Assembly: GCA_027310185.1 (NCBI GenBank)
Contig: DAIDBH010000006.1
Location: forward strand, 96,001 to 160,000
DNA: 64,000 nt
Reading direction: 5' to 3'
Source of the DNA: Thermoplasmatales archaeon
GTDB taxonomy: Archaea; Thermoplasmatota; Thermoplasmata; Thermoplasmatales; Thermoplasmataceae
Both the position numbers and the translations under genes were made by a program. Below are positions 49,642-59,320 of this stretch, piece by piece (positions within the stretch are counted from its first letter, which is position 1; every line of letters starts with the position of its first letter). The notes beneath the pieces were generated by a model. That model saw only the letters and a list, made by a program, of their open reading frames with translations, ran no database searches and was not told where the DNA came from.

Positions 49642-50835
49642 TTATCCTGCAGTGCTTGATATTACTGTCTCTTCCATTTCCTTCATCCTGCGAGAAAACA
49701 TACCACTTATGAACATATACATAACGGCGACCACCACTGTGCCTATGGCAATATATAACCAGTATGTGCTTGAAACGCTCTGTAAAACAAAGAGGAGGTA
49801 CAGACCTATAACTGCACCCGCAAATCCCCCAAAACTTGAATATAAATTATAAACACCAACGTAAGATCCTCTCATGTTATCCGGTGCAAGAGTGGTAATA
49901 ATACTCTGGGTCGTTGGTGAGAGGAGATCTTCACCAAATGTTGATATGGTCATGAAGAGCGCCAGTATGAGGAATGCCGTTGAATCTGTAAGAACAAGAA
50001 ATGAGATAGCATAAAAGAGGGTTCCAACACCCCTCCACATCATTGGATTCCCGAATTTTGTCATAAGCCTCAATAATGGGAACTGGAGTGCTACTACCAG
50101 TATTCCGTTGAGTGCCCATATATACCCGAGATACATGTATGGAAGATTCTGCAAAACAATGGTATATACTGTAAATGTGGAACCTCTCTGCCTCATGAAG
50201 ATCTGCAATAGCACCCCTATGATTATGAAAAAAATGAAAAACCTGTCTTTCATGTAAGTCCTGCTCAGCTCTCCCTTCATTACCTGAACATGATCAGATG
50301 GAACGTAAGTCTCCCTCATCAGGAAATACAGCATGAAAATTTCCACCACTGTAACAGCGCTGGATACAAGAAATATGTATTGAAGCCCGAAATATGCCAG
50401 GTATGCGCCGAGCAATGGTCCTATGGCAATTCCCAGGTTGGCCATTATCCTCATGATTGTGTAACCTGAAAGCCTGTCCCTTACAGAGGTAATATCTGCA
50501 ACGGAGGCCTGTACCGCAGGATACTGTATTGAGTTTATAACTATTGTTCCGTACCATGAACCGAGCAGAAGGACAAAATAATATGGATTTGCAACGGTAT
50601 AATAGATGAGTAGATAGAATACGACTGCAGGTATCTGGGAATACACAAGAATTGTTCTTCTGCCGATCTTGTCCGTCAATATTCCTGAGTAATACTGCAC
50701 AAATGCCATGAGCAGTGTTGCTGAACCGAGAAATAATCCAGTAATTATAAAGCTTATATGATAAACTATGATGAAAATTAAAGGTAGGAAGATGAATGTT
50801 GATCCACGTCCAAAGGCCCGGATGAACCTGGTCAT
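49642..50835 (-). CDS. MFS transporter (N-terminus probably extends to 50882 via a 1-nt frameshift)
   Basis: Motif A G.LTDKIGRR, NLG.AIGP.LG, AP...RG.Y.G; about 12 TM helices. Confidence 0.9.
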   Translation of the reverse strand: MTRFIRAFGRGSTFIFLPLIFIIVYHISFIITGLFLGSATLLMAFVQYYSGILTDKIGRRTILVYSQIPAVVFYLLIYYTVANPYYFVLLLGSWYGTIVINSIQYPAVQASVADITSVRDRLSGYTIMRIMANLGIAIGPLLGAYLAYFGLQYIFLVSSAVTVVEIFMLYFLMRETYVPSDHVQVMKGELSRTYMKDRFFIFFIIIGVLLQIFMRQRGSTFTVYTIVLQNLPYMYLGYIWALNGILVVALQFPLLRLMTKFGNPMMWRGVGTLFYAISFLVLTDSTAFLILALFMTISTFGEDLLSPTTQSIITTLAPDNMRGSYVGVYNLYSSFGGFAGAVIGLYLLFVLQSVSSTYWLYIAIGTVVVAVMYMFISGMFSRRMKEMEETVISSTAG

Positions 50836-50995
50836 ACTGAGGATCCATATCCTTCTATCAAGATTCTTAATATTAAAAGCATAAGGTGAAGTTGCCGTTA
50901 TTCTGTATTAATAATGATTATTTAATTGATTCCAAGTTTCTCCGATACTTATTAAGTTTTCACCAATATAATATATACATATCAGTATTGGAATT

Positions 50996-51838
50996 TTAAA
51001 CAAGTACTATAGTCATTAGCATTGCTACTACCATTAAAGCTCCCCCACCAATGGTGTAATAGGACAGTGGTATACCGGTGAGTATGACGGAGAAAATTGC
51101 AGCAAAAACTGGTTCTGAAACCATTATTATACTCGCCTTTTCAGGTTTCACGTAAACCAGAGCCTTGTTTGTTATGAAGTATGCTAAAACTCCTGCAAAT
51201 AATGCTGTGAATGCAATTGTGAAGAGGAGTATGGGAGATGAGAAGTTGAAATATATCTTAAATGTGGGAATTGCTATGGTTGAATACAGTGAAACTGCAG
51301 CCATCTGGAAAAAAGTGAATTTTACCATATCCAGTTTATTATTCCGTGAAACATATATTATCTGCATTGCGTATCCAACGGCACAGATGAAGGTTAGAAG
51401 ATCTCCAAGCTGGAGCGAAAAATTGCTTACTTCTCCTACTGTGATGATCAGCAGTCCCACGACAGCCAAAGTTACAGCCGACAGATCACTTTTAGAAATC
51501 CTCTGCCTGTATATCAGGTAGCCAATTACTGGAACAAGTACTATATAGAGGCCTGTTACAAAACCCGAAATGGCCGGAGTCGTGAAATACAATCCTATGG
51601 TCTGGAAGTAATATCCCAGAAAAAGATAGAACCCGGCAATGAAACCTTGCTTCAACCCTGTAAGGTCCCTCCTGTTCTTTATGAATGGGATCATCACCAG
51701 TGTCGAAATCAGGAACCTAATTGCCAGGAATATTACAGGTGACATGTATTCAAGTGATATCTTGATCAGTGGGAATGTGACACCCCATGAAAGTGTTGCA
51801 ATTATGATCAGGAATGAGTATTTAGTTTCGTTCTGCAT
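50996..51838 (-). CDS. DMT/EamA family transporter
   Basis: WG.TF...K, P..F.A.RF, QT.GL..TT, GDLL, EPVFA; 10 TM helices. Confidence 0.92.
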   Translation of the reverse strand: MQNETKYSFLIIIATLSWGVTFPLIKISLEYMSPVIFLAIRFLISTLVMIPFIKNRRDLTGLKQGFIAGFYLFLGYYFQTIGLYFTTPAISGFVTGLYIVLVPVIGYLIYRQRISKSDLSAVTLAVVGLLIITVGEVSNFSLQLGDLLTFICAVGYAMQIIYVSRNNKLDMVKFTFFQMAAVSLYSTIAIPTFKIYFNFSSPILLFTIAFTALFAGVLAYFITNKALVYVKPEKASIIMVSEPVFAAIFSVILTGIPLSYYTIGGGALMVVAMLMTIVLV

Positions 51839-52982
51839 TCTTTTCTTTCCTTGGAAATAAGACGTTTCTAACTATGGACGGATTTTTGATCAGCATTCTA
51901 AGAACAACTCTTGAGGGGTAATCAATATCGCCCAGCGTATTGATAAGATGAGTCATTCTTTCAGTGGTTATTTTCCTGCCTATTATGTTAAAGGAAGTAT
52001 CAGTGATTCTTGAATATAATTTCTGGATCCTGTAATCCCTCTTCAGTTCTGCACCTAATTCCTTTTTCCACAGCCTGTTGTATGTGGAAAGTGATCTTTC
52101 TGAAAAATCCTCGCTTTCATATGCCTTCTCCATTGTAATTGCTGCCTTTTCACCTGATACCATGCCGGTATAGATTCCCCCACCGCTGAGTGGCTTTACT
52201 ATACCTGCTGCGTCCCCTATTAACAGTGCACCATTACCATATGGCTTCTTGAGAAAGCTTATGGGTATGGGACCACCTGTTATGGATATCTTATTTGGGT
52301 TGAGGTACCTCCTGTACAGATAATTGAATTTTTCCCTTGTCAGGCCAAAACCAGCCGTTCCAATGCGAGAAAAATCTCCTGCGGGAGTTCCCCAGGCAAA
52401 GTAACCGGTGCTGTATTGTGCCCCAATAAACACGTTCACATTGTCCTGATCTTCCATCCTGCCAGCTCCATCGATCTGGTATGCAGAGACTACCCTCCTG
52501 AATCTCTGATCTGGAAAAAGTACCTTTCTTGTTATACTGTTTGCCCCATCTGCTCCTACAACTGCGAGAGATTCTAGTTCCTCGATGTTTCCATCCCTCC
52601 TCAGTGTGATCCTCATCTTTCCATTTTCCCTCTTTATGTCTTTAACTCTTGAATTAAGCATCAGCTCGGCACCATTCCCTATGGACATGGCTGCAGCATC
52701 CTGATCAAAACGATCCCTCTCCAGTACTATTGTTTCCTCATCCTTTCCGATTCTAATGTGGTTACCATCTGGAAAATATATGTTTGCTCCATGAACCCTG
52801 TTCACTACCGAGTCCGTTTTTACCATTGACGTTACCCTTTTTGATACGAGGCCGGTGCATTCAACTGGTTTCCCTATGGACTGGTGCTCTTCGAGCTGTG
52901 CGACCCTGAAACCTTTTTTTGCCAGATGTTGCGTACAGTAGGACCCACTGGGGCCTCCACCAACTACAACAAAGTCAAACAA
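51822..52982 (-). CDS. Geranylgeranyl reductase family flavoprotein (GGR/DGGGPL reductase-like)
   Basis: DFVVVGGGPSG, P.EC.G, R..FD, GADG..S, GY.W, GDAAG.VKPLSGGGI. Start placed at TTG 52982, after the GGAGG at the end of polB. Confidence 0.9.
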   Translation of the reverse strand: MFDFVVVGGGPSGSYCTQHLAKKGFRVAQLEEHQSIGKPVECTGLVSKRVTSMVKTDSVVNRVHGANIYFPDGNHIRIGKDEETIVLERDRFDQDAAAMSIGNGAELMLNSRVKDIKRENGKMRITLRRDGNIEELESLAVVGADGANSITRKVLFPDQRFRRVVSAYQIDGAGRMEDQDNVNVFIGAQYSTGYFAWGTPAGDFSRIGTAGFGLTREKFNYLYRRYLNPNKISITGGPIPISFLKKPYGNGALLIGDAAGIVKPLSGGGIYTGMVSGEKAAITMEKAYESEDFSERSLSTYNRLWKKELGAELKRDYRIQKLYSRITDTSFNIIGRKITTERMTHLINTLGDIDYPSRVVLRMLIKNPSIVRNVLFPRKEKNAERN

Positions 52983-52983
52983 T

Positions 52984-55362
52984 CTATCCCTCCATGAAAC
53001 TATCAAGTGTAGTGTTCTTGCTGTTGCGGACTGCCTGTGGTTTTTTTCCTGACCTAGATGCCTGTTCAACGAGATGTATTGGCTCGTCGAGACTCTCAAA
53101 CACCCGGTTTACGGTTTCTTCAACTCTTTTTGCGTAATAAAGCCAGTCCGGTTCATCCTCAAATTTCTCTCCATCAATATATGGCTCTACTTCCTGCGGT
53201 GTCACCCTGCTATTCGTGACTATCCATGAGACCTTCATTCCTGGAATGAATCTCTCACCTCTTTCCTGTAACTTTCTTGCAGCCCTTACGTTTGCCATGG
53301 AATCAGCGTTTGCATAGGAGGCAGAATCTTTTACCGATCTAGAAATAACAAGTTTAGAAATATCGATGGTACTGTCTCCACGGATGAGCCTTTCTATAAT
53401 GTCAACTGCATTTTCTCTTGCTCCTGATACGTCTTTGTTCATCAGCGAATCGAATACAGATTGTAGCAGTTCACTCTGCATATCAAAGGAATCAGTTCTC
53501 CTTACCTCGTATCCCCTCACAAGCATTTCTCCAGCACTATCCATTGGATAGACTATCTTTCCCACATATCTTTTCTTTGCTCCATGGGAGAAGAATGGGT
53601 CCATGATCTTCTCAAACTCTATAAGAATGTGAAGATCATCAGAAATTTCCCTGCTCAGATCATTTCCCATCTTAATTGCTTCACTGAGTTCTTTTTTTCC
53701 TGATTCAATGAATACGCTATCAGTATCACCGTATATCACTTTCAGGTCCTTCTTCTTCAGCTTATCTATGAGACCCATGATCGTGTTTCTTGCGAAGGAC
53801 GTGACGGAACTTCCAAGTTCAGGATTTGTGAATCTGTAGAATGATGAAGCGAGTACACCATAAAAGGTATTCATAAGTATTTTTATTGCGTTCTGTACAC
53901 CATCCAGGTAATCCCTTTCATCGCCCTTAGCCTGCTTCATCAGCTTTTTGACCTGATCTCTCCTGTCCATCAACGTCTGCAGCAATTCTGGAATCAACCC
54001 TTTCCTTACAGACGGATCCAGAAACCTTGCGCCTGTAGGCGAAATTATGGTTCCATTTTCACTGAGTGTTGTGAAACATATATTGTATTTCATAATTATG
54101 GACGGATACATGCTCTTGAAGTCAAGCACTATTACCATGTCATATAATCCTGCACCAATGGATTCCACATGCCCGCCTTCTATGGCCCTGTCCTTCAGCG
54201 CCTGACTTGCAGTCATTGGAACTGCTATATTTCTCTGTGTTGCCAGCCTTATGAGCAGTGAATCTACATAATTACTTGTCCCCCCATTTGTTGTATCCTC
54301 CAGTGGAAGTTTCGTTACAGTGGACATGAACATATTTCTATCCACGACCCGCATTTTTTCCATGATTCTCAGTGTCAGATCAGCATCCTTAATGCAGTAA
54401 TCAATCACCTCCTTCGGCCTGTTTTTATATTCTTCCATGATGTTGAGCCTGTCAACGTCATCCTTTCCTTCATTCAGGAGTTCCATTGCGACGTAATTAA
54501 GTGTTTCATGTTTTGGTTTCAGGATCTTCTTCACATTCCACCAAACATCGCTGATTATCCTTCCCTTAACCCTCCAGAACTGGCCATTGATCCTCCTTGC
54601 CTTTGTTCCATCCCTTCCTATATCAAGTGTGAGGCCGTATCTTTCCATCCTGTATTCAATTACAGGTAGATCGTAACCATCAATGTTGTATCCTATGATG
54701 ATATCCGGATCTTTTTCCAGTACAAGCTTATTAAAATTTGATAGAATCTCCTTCTCTTCCCCAGTAATGGCACCTTTCTCTGGTTCTACCCCTTTCCTGC
54801 TTCTTATGGAATATCCTATTACTATGATCTTACCGAATGTATCTCCTTCATCGGGAGGGAATGCATTTTCTATATCAAAACTGAGCACCCTTACATCAGG
54901 TGTGAAATCGTCCGTTGTCTTTATGCTCTTGATATCGGATCTTAATACCATGTCTGTATGATATCTATTCCTGTCAATGACCTCCTCACCTTCAACCTCA
55001 ACACATGCACCAAGATCAAGATCATAGATGAATCTGTGATGGAATGGTATATCTGCAGCCATTACCGTTGAAACAAACAGGGAACGTAATTCCGGCACTT
55101 TATATGGATGATTGACATAAATTCTTATTGCTTTCCTTGTCTCCCCCTTGACCCATAATTCAAGTTCCTCCATTCTCTTAAATTCAGGATTTTTCTTGAT
55201 TCCTTCTATTTCCTGCTCTTTTGGTTCTATAACGTCAAAATATGGATCAAAACCGCCACACAGGACCGTTACTGATGAGCCGTCAGCTGTCCTCCCAAAA
55301 ATCTCCACAACCGTATCTGAAGTCCTGTATGAGGATGAAATTATTCTAAGGCTTATTTTCAT
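52984..55362 (-). CDS. polB: Family B DNA polymerase
   Basis: Exonuclease motifs SFDIE, GYN...YD, YC..D; polymerase motifs DFKSMYPS, K.LMN.FYG, YGDTDS, KKRY. Confidence 0.98.
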   Translation of the reverse strand: MKISLRIISSSYRTSDTVVEIFGRTADGSSVTVLCGGFDPYFDVIEPKEQEIEGIKKNPEFKRMEELELWVKGETRKAIRIYVNHPYKVPELRSLFVSTVMAADIPFHHRFIYDLDLGACVEVEGEEVIDRNRYHTDMVLRSDIKSIKTTDDFTPDVRVLSFDIENAFPPDEGDTFGKIIVIGYSIRSRKGVEPEKGAITGEEKEILSNFNKLVLEKDPDIIIGYNIDGYDLPVIEYRMERYGLTLDIGRDGTKARRINGQFWRVKGRIISDVWWNVKKILKPKHETLNYVAMELLNEGKDDVDRLNIMEEYKNRPKEVIDYCIKDADLTLRIMEKMRVVDRNMFMSTVTKLPLEDTTNGGTSNYVDSLLIRLATQRNIAVPMTASQALKDRAIEGGHVESIGAGLYDMVIVLDFKSMYPSIIMKYNICFTTLSENGTIISPTGARFLDPSVRKGLIPELLQTLMDRRDQVKKLMKQAKGDERDYLDGVQNAIKILMNTFYGVLASSFYRFTNPELGSSVTSFARNTIMGLIDKLKKKDLKVIYGDTDSVFIESGKKELSEAIKMGNDLSREISDDLHILIEFEKIMDPFFSHGAKKRYVGKIVYPMDSAGEMLVRGYEVRRTDSFDMQSELLQSVFDSLMNKDVSGARENAVDIIERLIRGDSTIDISKLVISRSVKDSASYANADSMANVRAARKLQERGERFIPGMKVSWIVTNSRVTPQEVEPYIDGEKFEDEPDWLYYAKRVEETVNRVFESLDEPIHLVEQASRSGKKPQAVRNSKNTTLDSFMEG

Positions 55363-55534
55363 CTGTTAAATATGCATATCCGGCTTAAAACAATATCCAT
55401 TATTTCGAATTGTGAACTTTATGGGATGAAAGAAATCTTATCCTTCCTTATTCCATGAACAAATTCCAGGATTGGCATGTACTGAGATTCAATTATAAAA
55501 ACAAAACGCTTTAATAATTTGAGAAAATTTACTC

Positions 55535-55616
55535 ATGTTCAGGGGAGCCATTGGCTGAGAGGATCAGAAGATCGACCCTTTGAACCTGACCCGGGTAATT
55601 CCGGCGGAGGGAGAAG
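55535..55616 (+). ncRNA. TPP riboswitch aptamer (THI element)
   Basis: AGGGGAGCCATTGGCTGAGA...GACCCTTTGAACCTGACCCGGGTAATTCCGGCGGAGGGA: CUGAGA, ACCUGA and P5 CCGG-GTAATT-CCGG signatures, upstream of a transporter. Confidence 0.95.
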
Positions 55617-55694
55617 ATGGATATAATATACGGCATCGTAAAAAGGAGTTTGTTTGTTACAGGTCTAAAATGCGGAGGTTTTCTGTATGAATAA
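55617..55694 (+). CDS. Putative 25-aa leader ORF between the TPP aptamer and the transporter
   Basis: GGAGG at 55606-55610, ATG 55617, MDIIYGIVKRSLFVTGLKCGGFLYE, TAA 55692-55694 overlapping the transporter ATG at 55687. Confidence 0.4.
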   Translation: MDIIYGIVKRSLFVTGLKCGGFLYE

Positions 55695-56916
55695 ATACAG
55701 ATCATCCCTCCTTGCCTCAACGTCCTTTGCATTTATTTTCTGGGGGATAGTTGGTACAATAGGACCGCTTGCTGCATCTGGATCAATAATCGGAAATCTA
55801 AATCACACGGGAAAGCTCATATTTCTCTTGATAGGGCCACTGGTTGTACCAGCAGGCAATCTTTCCATGGGATTTCTTGCTGATGCCATAGGTAGAAAAA
55901 AGGTTTTTCTAATTACAATGTCATTTTATACCATTGGAATTATTGTTATAAGTCTGAGCTACACCTTCATTCCCTTGCTGCTCGGCCTAATACTTGCGGA
56001 ATTTGGAGTTGGTGGTGAAGAACCATCCTCGCTTTCACTGGTGGCTGAAAATACAGATGCAGATAAGAGGCCATTCTGGCTGACGATCCTTACCAATATG
56101 GACAATATCGGCAGCGCCCTAATGGCTGGACTATTTTTCATAGTGGTTAATGATCTGCAGGACAGGGCTGTTCTCCTGATTGGTTCCCTGTTACTGATTT
56201 TGTTTATAGTTGCACTCAGGAGAGTGATCCCGGAATCCCAGATGTGGCTGAAAGAATCGGGTAATACTGATGAATACAGAAAGGAGAGGGAGAAAATAGA
56301 ATTGAGGGATGATGGTGAAAGGATTTCCCAGCCAAGCCTCCTTCCATCCTTCATTTTTCTTGGCGTAATAGCTGTATCTCAGTATCTCACATTCGGCCTA
56401 ATGGCTTACGTTCTTGCCCCCATAGAATTTCCAAATAGCTCTGAAGATGATCTGATCATTTTTGTAGCACTTCTGGGTTCTTCTGTGGCAGGTTTCATTG
56501 CGGCTCCACTTATTTCAAGGGGAAGAAAGAACTATACACTACTTTCTTTCCTGTTTGGCACAGTTACAATGGTTGCAATATTCATAATGGTCCCATACTT
56601 GCAGAACATGGTTATATTTCTTCCACTACTTTTTGCAAACATGTTCATGAGTGAATTTGCCTATGCTTCAAGATCCGTTCTTGAACCTGAACTTTATGGC
56701 ACAAGAAACAGATCAGCACTTATAGGATTAACCAGGTTATGGCCCATGATAGCTTACCCAATATTCACCTTTTACACAAGCAGCCTGAATCTTTATAACT
56801 TTTTGCTCATCAATGTGATACTCTGGGCACTGGGATTGTCTGCGTCTGTTTACTGGTTCTATTTTGGAATTGAGACAAAAAATGCAAACATAGATTATAT
56901 GCCCAGAACCACCTGA
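55687..56916 (+). CDS. MFS transporter, probable thiamine or thiamine-precursor uptake
   Basis: G.LADAIGRK, GVGGE, PES..W, PELY.T..R; located behind a TPP riboswitch. Confidence 0.88.
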   Translation: MNKYRSSLLASTSFAFIFWGIVGTIGPLAASGSIIGNLNHTGKLIFLLIGPLVVPAGNLSMGFLADAIGRKKVFLITMSFYTIGIIVISLSYTFIPLLLGLILAEFGVGGEEPSSLSLVAENTDADKRPFWLTILTNMDNIGSALMAGLFFIVVNDLQDRAVLLIGSLLLILFIVALRRVIPESQMWLKESGNTDEYRKEREKIELRDDGERISQPSLLPSFIFLGVIAVSQYLTFGLMAYVLAPIEFPNSSEDDLIIFVALLGSSVAGFIAAPLISRGRKNYTLLSFLFGTVTMVAIFIMVPYLQNMVIFLPLLFANMFMSEFAYASRSVLEPELYGTRNRSALIGLTRLWPMIAYPIFTFYTSSLNLYNFLLINVILWALGLSASVYWFYFGIETKNANIDYMPRTT

Positions 56917-57043
56917 TCTTATCCTTCCTTTGAAATCAAATATCATGAAGGAAATTTCTACTTTTTAAATATTTCATATTTAATAAGTGAAAACAATCCA
57001 AATTTTATAATAACCGCTTGCTAATTACCATAGGGGAGAATTA

Positions 57044-58213
57044 ATGGCATCGATCGTAGAAATGGTAGACAATTATGGGAGGTACAGGAGGGATGTCCTG
57101 AATCTTCAGGCATCAGAGAATTTTCTCTGCTCTCACGTGAAGATGGCATTGGGAACTGATCTCGGTGGAAGATATTCCCACGTTATGCCGGATGGCAGAA
57201 ATGCCTATGGCGGAACAGAGATGATAGAGAACATTTTCAATGAAACAGAGAAAAACATCAAAACACTATATGGTTCCAAGTTTGCCGAAATAAGGCCGTT
57301 GGGTGGTCATATTGCAGCAGAGATCAGTTTACTGAGCACAATTCAAAAGAACGACACAATAATGGCAATAAGTGAGGAGTTTGGTGGATACACAGGATAC
57401 ATGGAAAACTATCTTCCAGCCATGCTTGGCTTCAAAACAGAATTCATTCCTTACATTGAGGAAAAACAGGAAATTGATTACGATTCGTTTGAAAAGAAGG
57501 CCATGGAGATTAAACCGAAGGCAGTTGTTCTTGGCCAGTCTTTCTTTGTAAAGCATTATGATCTTGCGAGAATAAGGGAAATATGCGATAAAGCGGGATC
57601 AAAACTTCTTTATGATGGTTCCCACATCATGGGACTGATTGCTGGAAAGAAATTCCAGCCAGACGCACTGAAATATTCAGACATTTTATTCGGTTCAACA
57701 CACAAGACATTCTTCGGTCCTCAAGGTGGGATAGTACTTACCAACAATGAGGAACTGGCAGGAAAGATCGGTGAAAATGTTGTGTGGAAAACAATGGATA
57801 ACTATCACCCGAACAGGATTGCAGGCCTTGGTATTGCTGCACAGGACCTTATAACATTCGGAGAGAGTTATGCAGGATGGATTGTTTCAAACACCTATAC
57901 TCTTGCCAGAACACTCAACGATTCAGGCATAGCCATAAAATATGCTCCGTGGTATTCTGAAAGTCACCAGATAATTCTCTCTAAGGATAATTTCCAGAAA
58001 TATGGTGATTTCAGAACAATAAGCAAAAACCTTGAGAATAACAGAATAATAGCAGATACGGAAGGAAGGCTAGGAATGGCTGAAATAACAAGAATGGGAC
58101 TTACAGATATGGTTACACTTGGAGAGATAGTCGCCGATGCCATAAAGGGAAAGGACACGAGAAGCAGGATCACTGAGGTCCTGAGAAATTCCAGCATAAA
58201 ATTTTGCAGGTGA
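57044..58213 (+). CDS. glyA: Serine hydroxymethyltransferase
   Basis: LNLQASEN, YGG, YDGSH..GLIAG, STHKTFFGPQGG, ESHQ, RLG..EITR.G. Confidence 0.93.
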   Translation: MASIVEMVDNYGRYRRDVLNLQASENFLCSHVKMALGTDLGGRYSHVMPDGRNAYGGTEMIENIFNETEKNIKTLYGSKFAEIRPLGGHIAAEISLLSTIQKNDTIMAISEEFGGYTGYMENYLPAMLGFKTEFIPYIEEKQEIDYDSFEKKAMEIKPKAVVLGQSFFVKHYDLARIREICDKAGSKLLYDGSHIMGLIAGKKFQPDALKYSDILFGSTHKTFFGPQGGIVLTNNEELAGKIGENVVWKTMDNYHPNRIAGLGIAAQDLITFGESYAGWIVSNTYTLARTLNDSGIAIKYAPWYSESHQIILSKDNFQKYGDFRTISKNLENNRIIADTEGRLGMAEITRMGLTDMVTLGEIVADAIKGKDTRSRITEVLRNSSIKFCR

Positions 58214-58217
58214 AATT

Positions 58218-59318
58218 ATGAAAACAGTTGAAGATATAATGACAAAGAACCCATTGACAATTGATGAGGAAACAACAGTATCTCTTGCACTGAACAGGAT
58301 GAGAGATAACAAGATTGCCCAGCTTCCAGTGGAGTCTGGAAAAAAATACCTGGGAATGATCAGCTACAGGGATATACTTAGAAGAAGGAGCATTCATCTT
58401 AATTCAAAGATAAAGAATTTCGTTGTGAAATCACCCGAACTTACAAGAAGAGATACTCTTGAAAAAGTGGTAAACCTACTCAGAGACAGTGCAATGGGAG
58501 CACTTCCCGTGGTGGAAAATGGAAAGATTGCAGGAGTAGTTTCCAGAACTGACATAATAAAGAACATTGAAGAATTTGATGAGCTGAAGGGTGTCCAGAC
58601 ATTTGATCTGATGCAGGATGCCTATTTCGCAAAGCCCGATGAGGATCTGGAATCAATTATGGAAAAGGTCAGGGCGCATGATGTGGACACAATCAATGTG
58701 GCAGATGAGAAAACAAACCTTCTTGGCCTCATCAGAATTGAAAATGTACTGGATTATGAGATGAAAACGAAAGAAAGGGTCAGGAAGGGAGACTTCACGG
58801 GAGAGAGGAATCACCCGGATATAGATATTAAGTCCCTTATGGAGCAACCAGTATTCTGTTATGAGGATGATGATCTTTTCACCGCATCTGAGGAACTCGT
58901 AAAAAACCATCTTCACACTATAGCAATCTGCGACAAGGGAAAGAGGATAGTGGGCATACTGAGTGTTGACGACATAATTAGTTCACTCTGGTCAAAGGAG
59001 AGCACAGAAGGCATGCTGGTAAATATTTCAGGACTCGGAGTGGGAGATACAGACCTGTATTCTACAATATATTCCATGGTTGAAAAATTCACGGACAGAT
59101 ATTCAAAGCTGGAAAATCTAAAGAATGGGACCATGAATATCCACGTTGTGAAGCACCACAGTGAAGAAGGAAGGATAAAATATTCCATAAGGACAAGACT
59201 GATTGGCAGGAAAATAAACATGACAGAAAGCTCCTCAGGCTGGAACTTTGGAAAGGTCCTATCTGATATATTTGACGATTATGAATCTAGGACAAAGAGG
59301 GAGAAGGAGAAGAGCTGA
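58218..59318 (+). CDS. Four-CBS-domain protein with C-terminal HPF/RaiA-like domain (putative ribosome hibernation factor)
   Basis: Two CBS pairs, then a ~100-aa domain VNISGL...helix...IHV.KH....KYSIR.RL......S.GWNF...helix with HPF-like topology. Confidence 0.8.
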   Translation: MKTVEDIMTKNPLTIDEETTVSLALNRMRDNKIAQLPVESGKKYLGMISYRDILRRRSIHLNSKIKNFVVKSPELTRRDTLEKVVNLLRDSAMGALPVVENGKIAGVVSRTDIIKNIEEFDELKGVQTFDLMQDAYFAKPDEDLESIMEKVRAHDVDTINVADEKTNLLGLIRIENVLDYEMKTKERVRKGDFTGERNHPDIDIKSLMEQPVFCYEDDDLFTASEELVKNHLHTIAICDKGKRIVGILSVDDIISSLWSKESTEGMLVNISGLGVGDTDLYSTIYSMVEKFTDRYSKLENLKNGTMNIHVVKHHSEEGRIKYSIRTRLIGRKINMTESSSGWNFGKVLSDIFDDYESRTKREKEKS

Positions 59319-59320
59319 AC

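Noticed and set aside
52983-53099. N-terminal extension of the GGR ORF overlapping polB
   Set aside because: The Rossmann motif starts right after TTG 52982, which has a GGAGG upstream.
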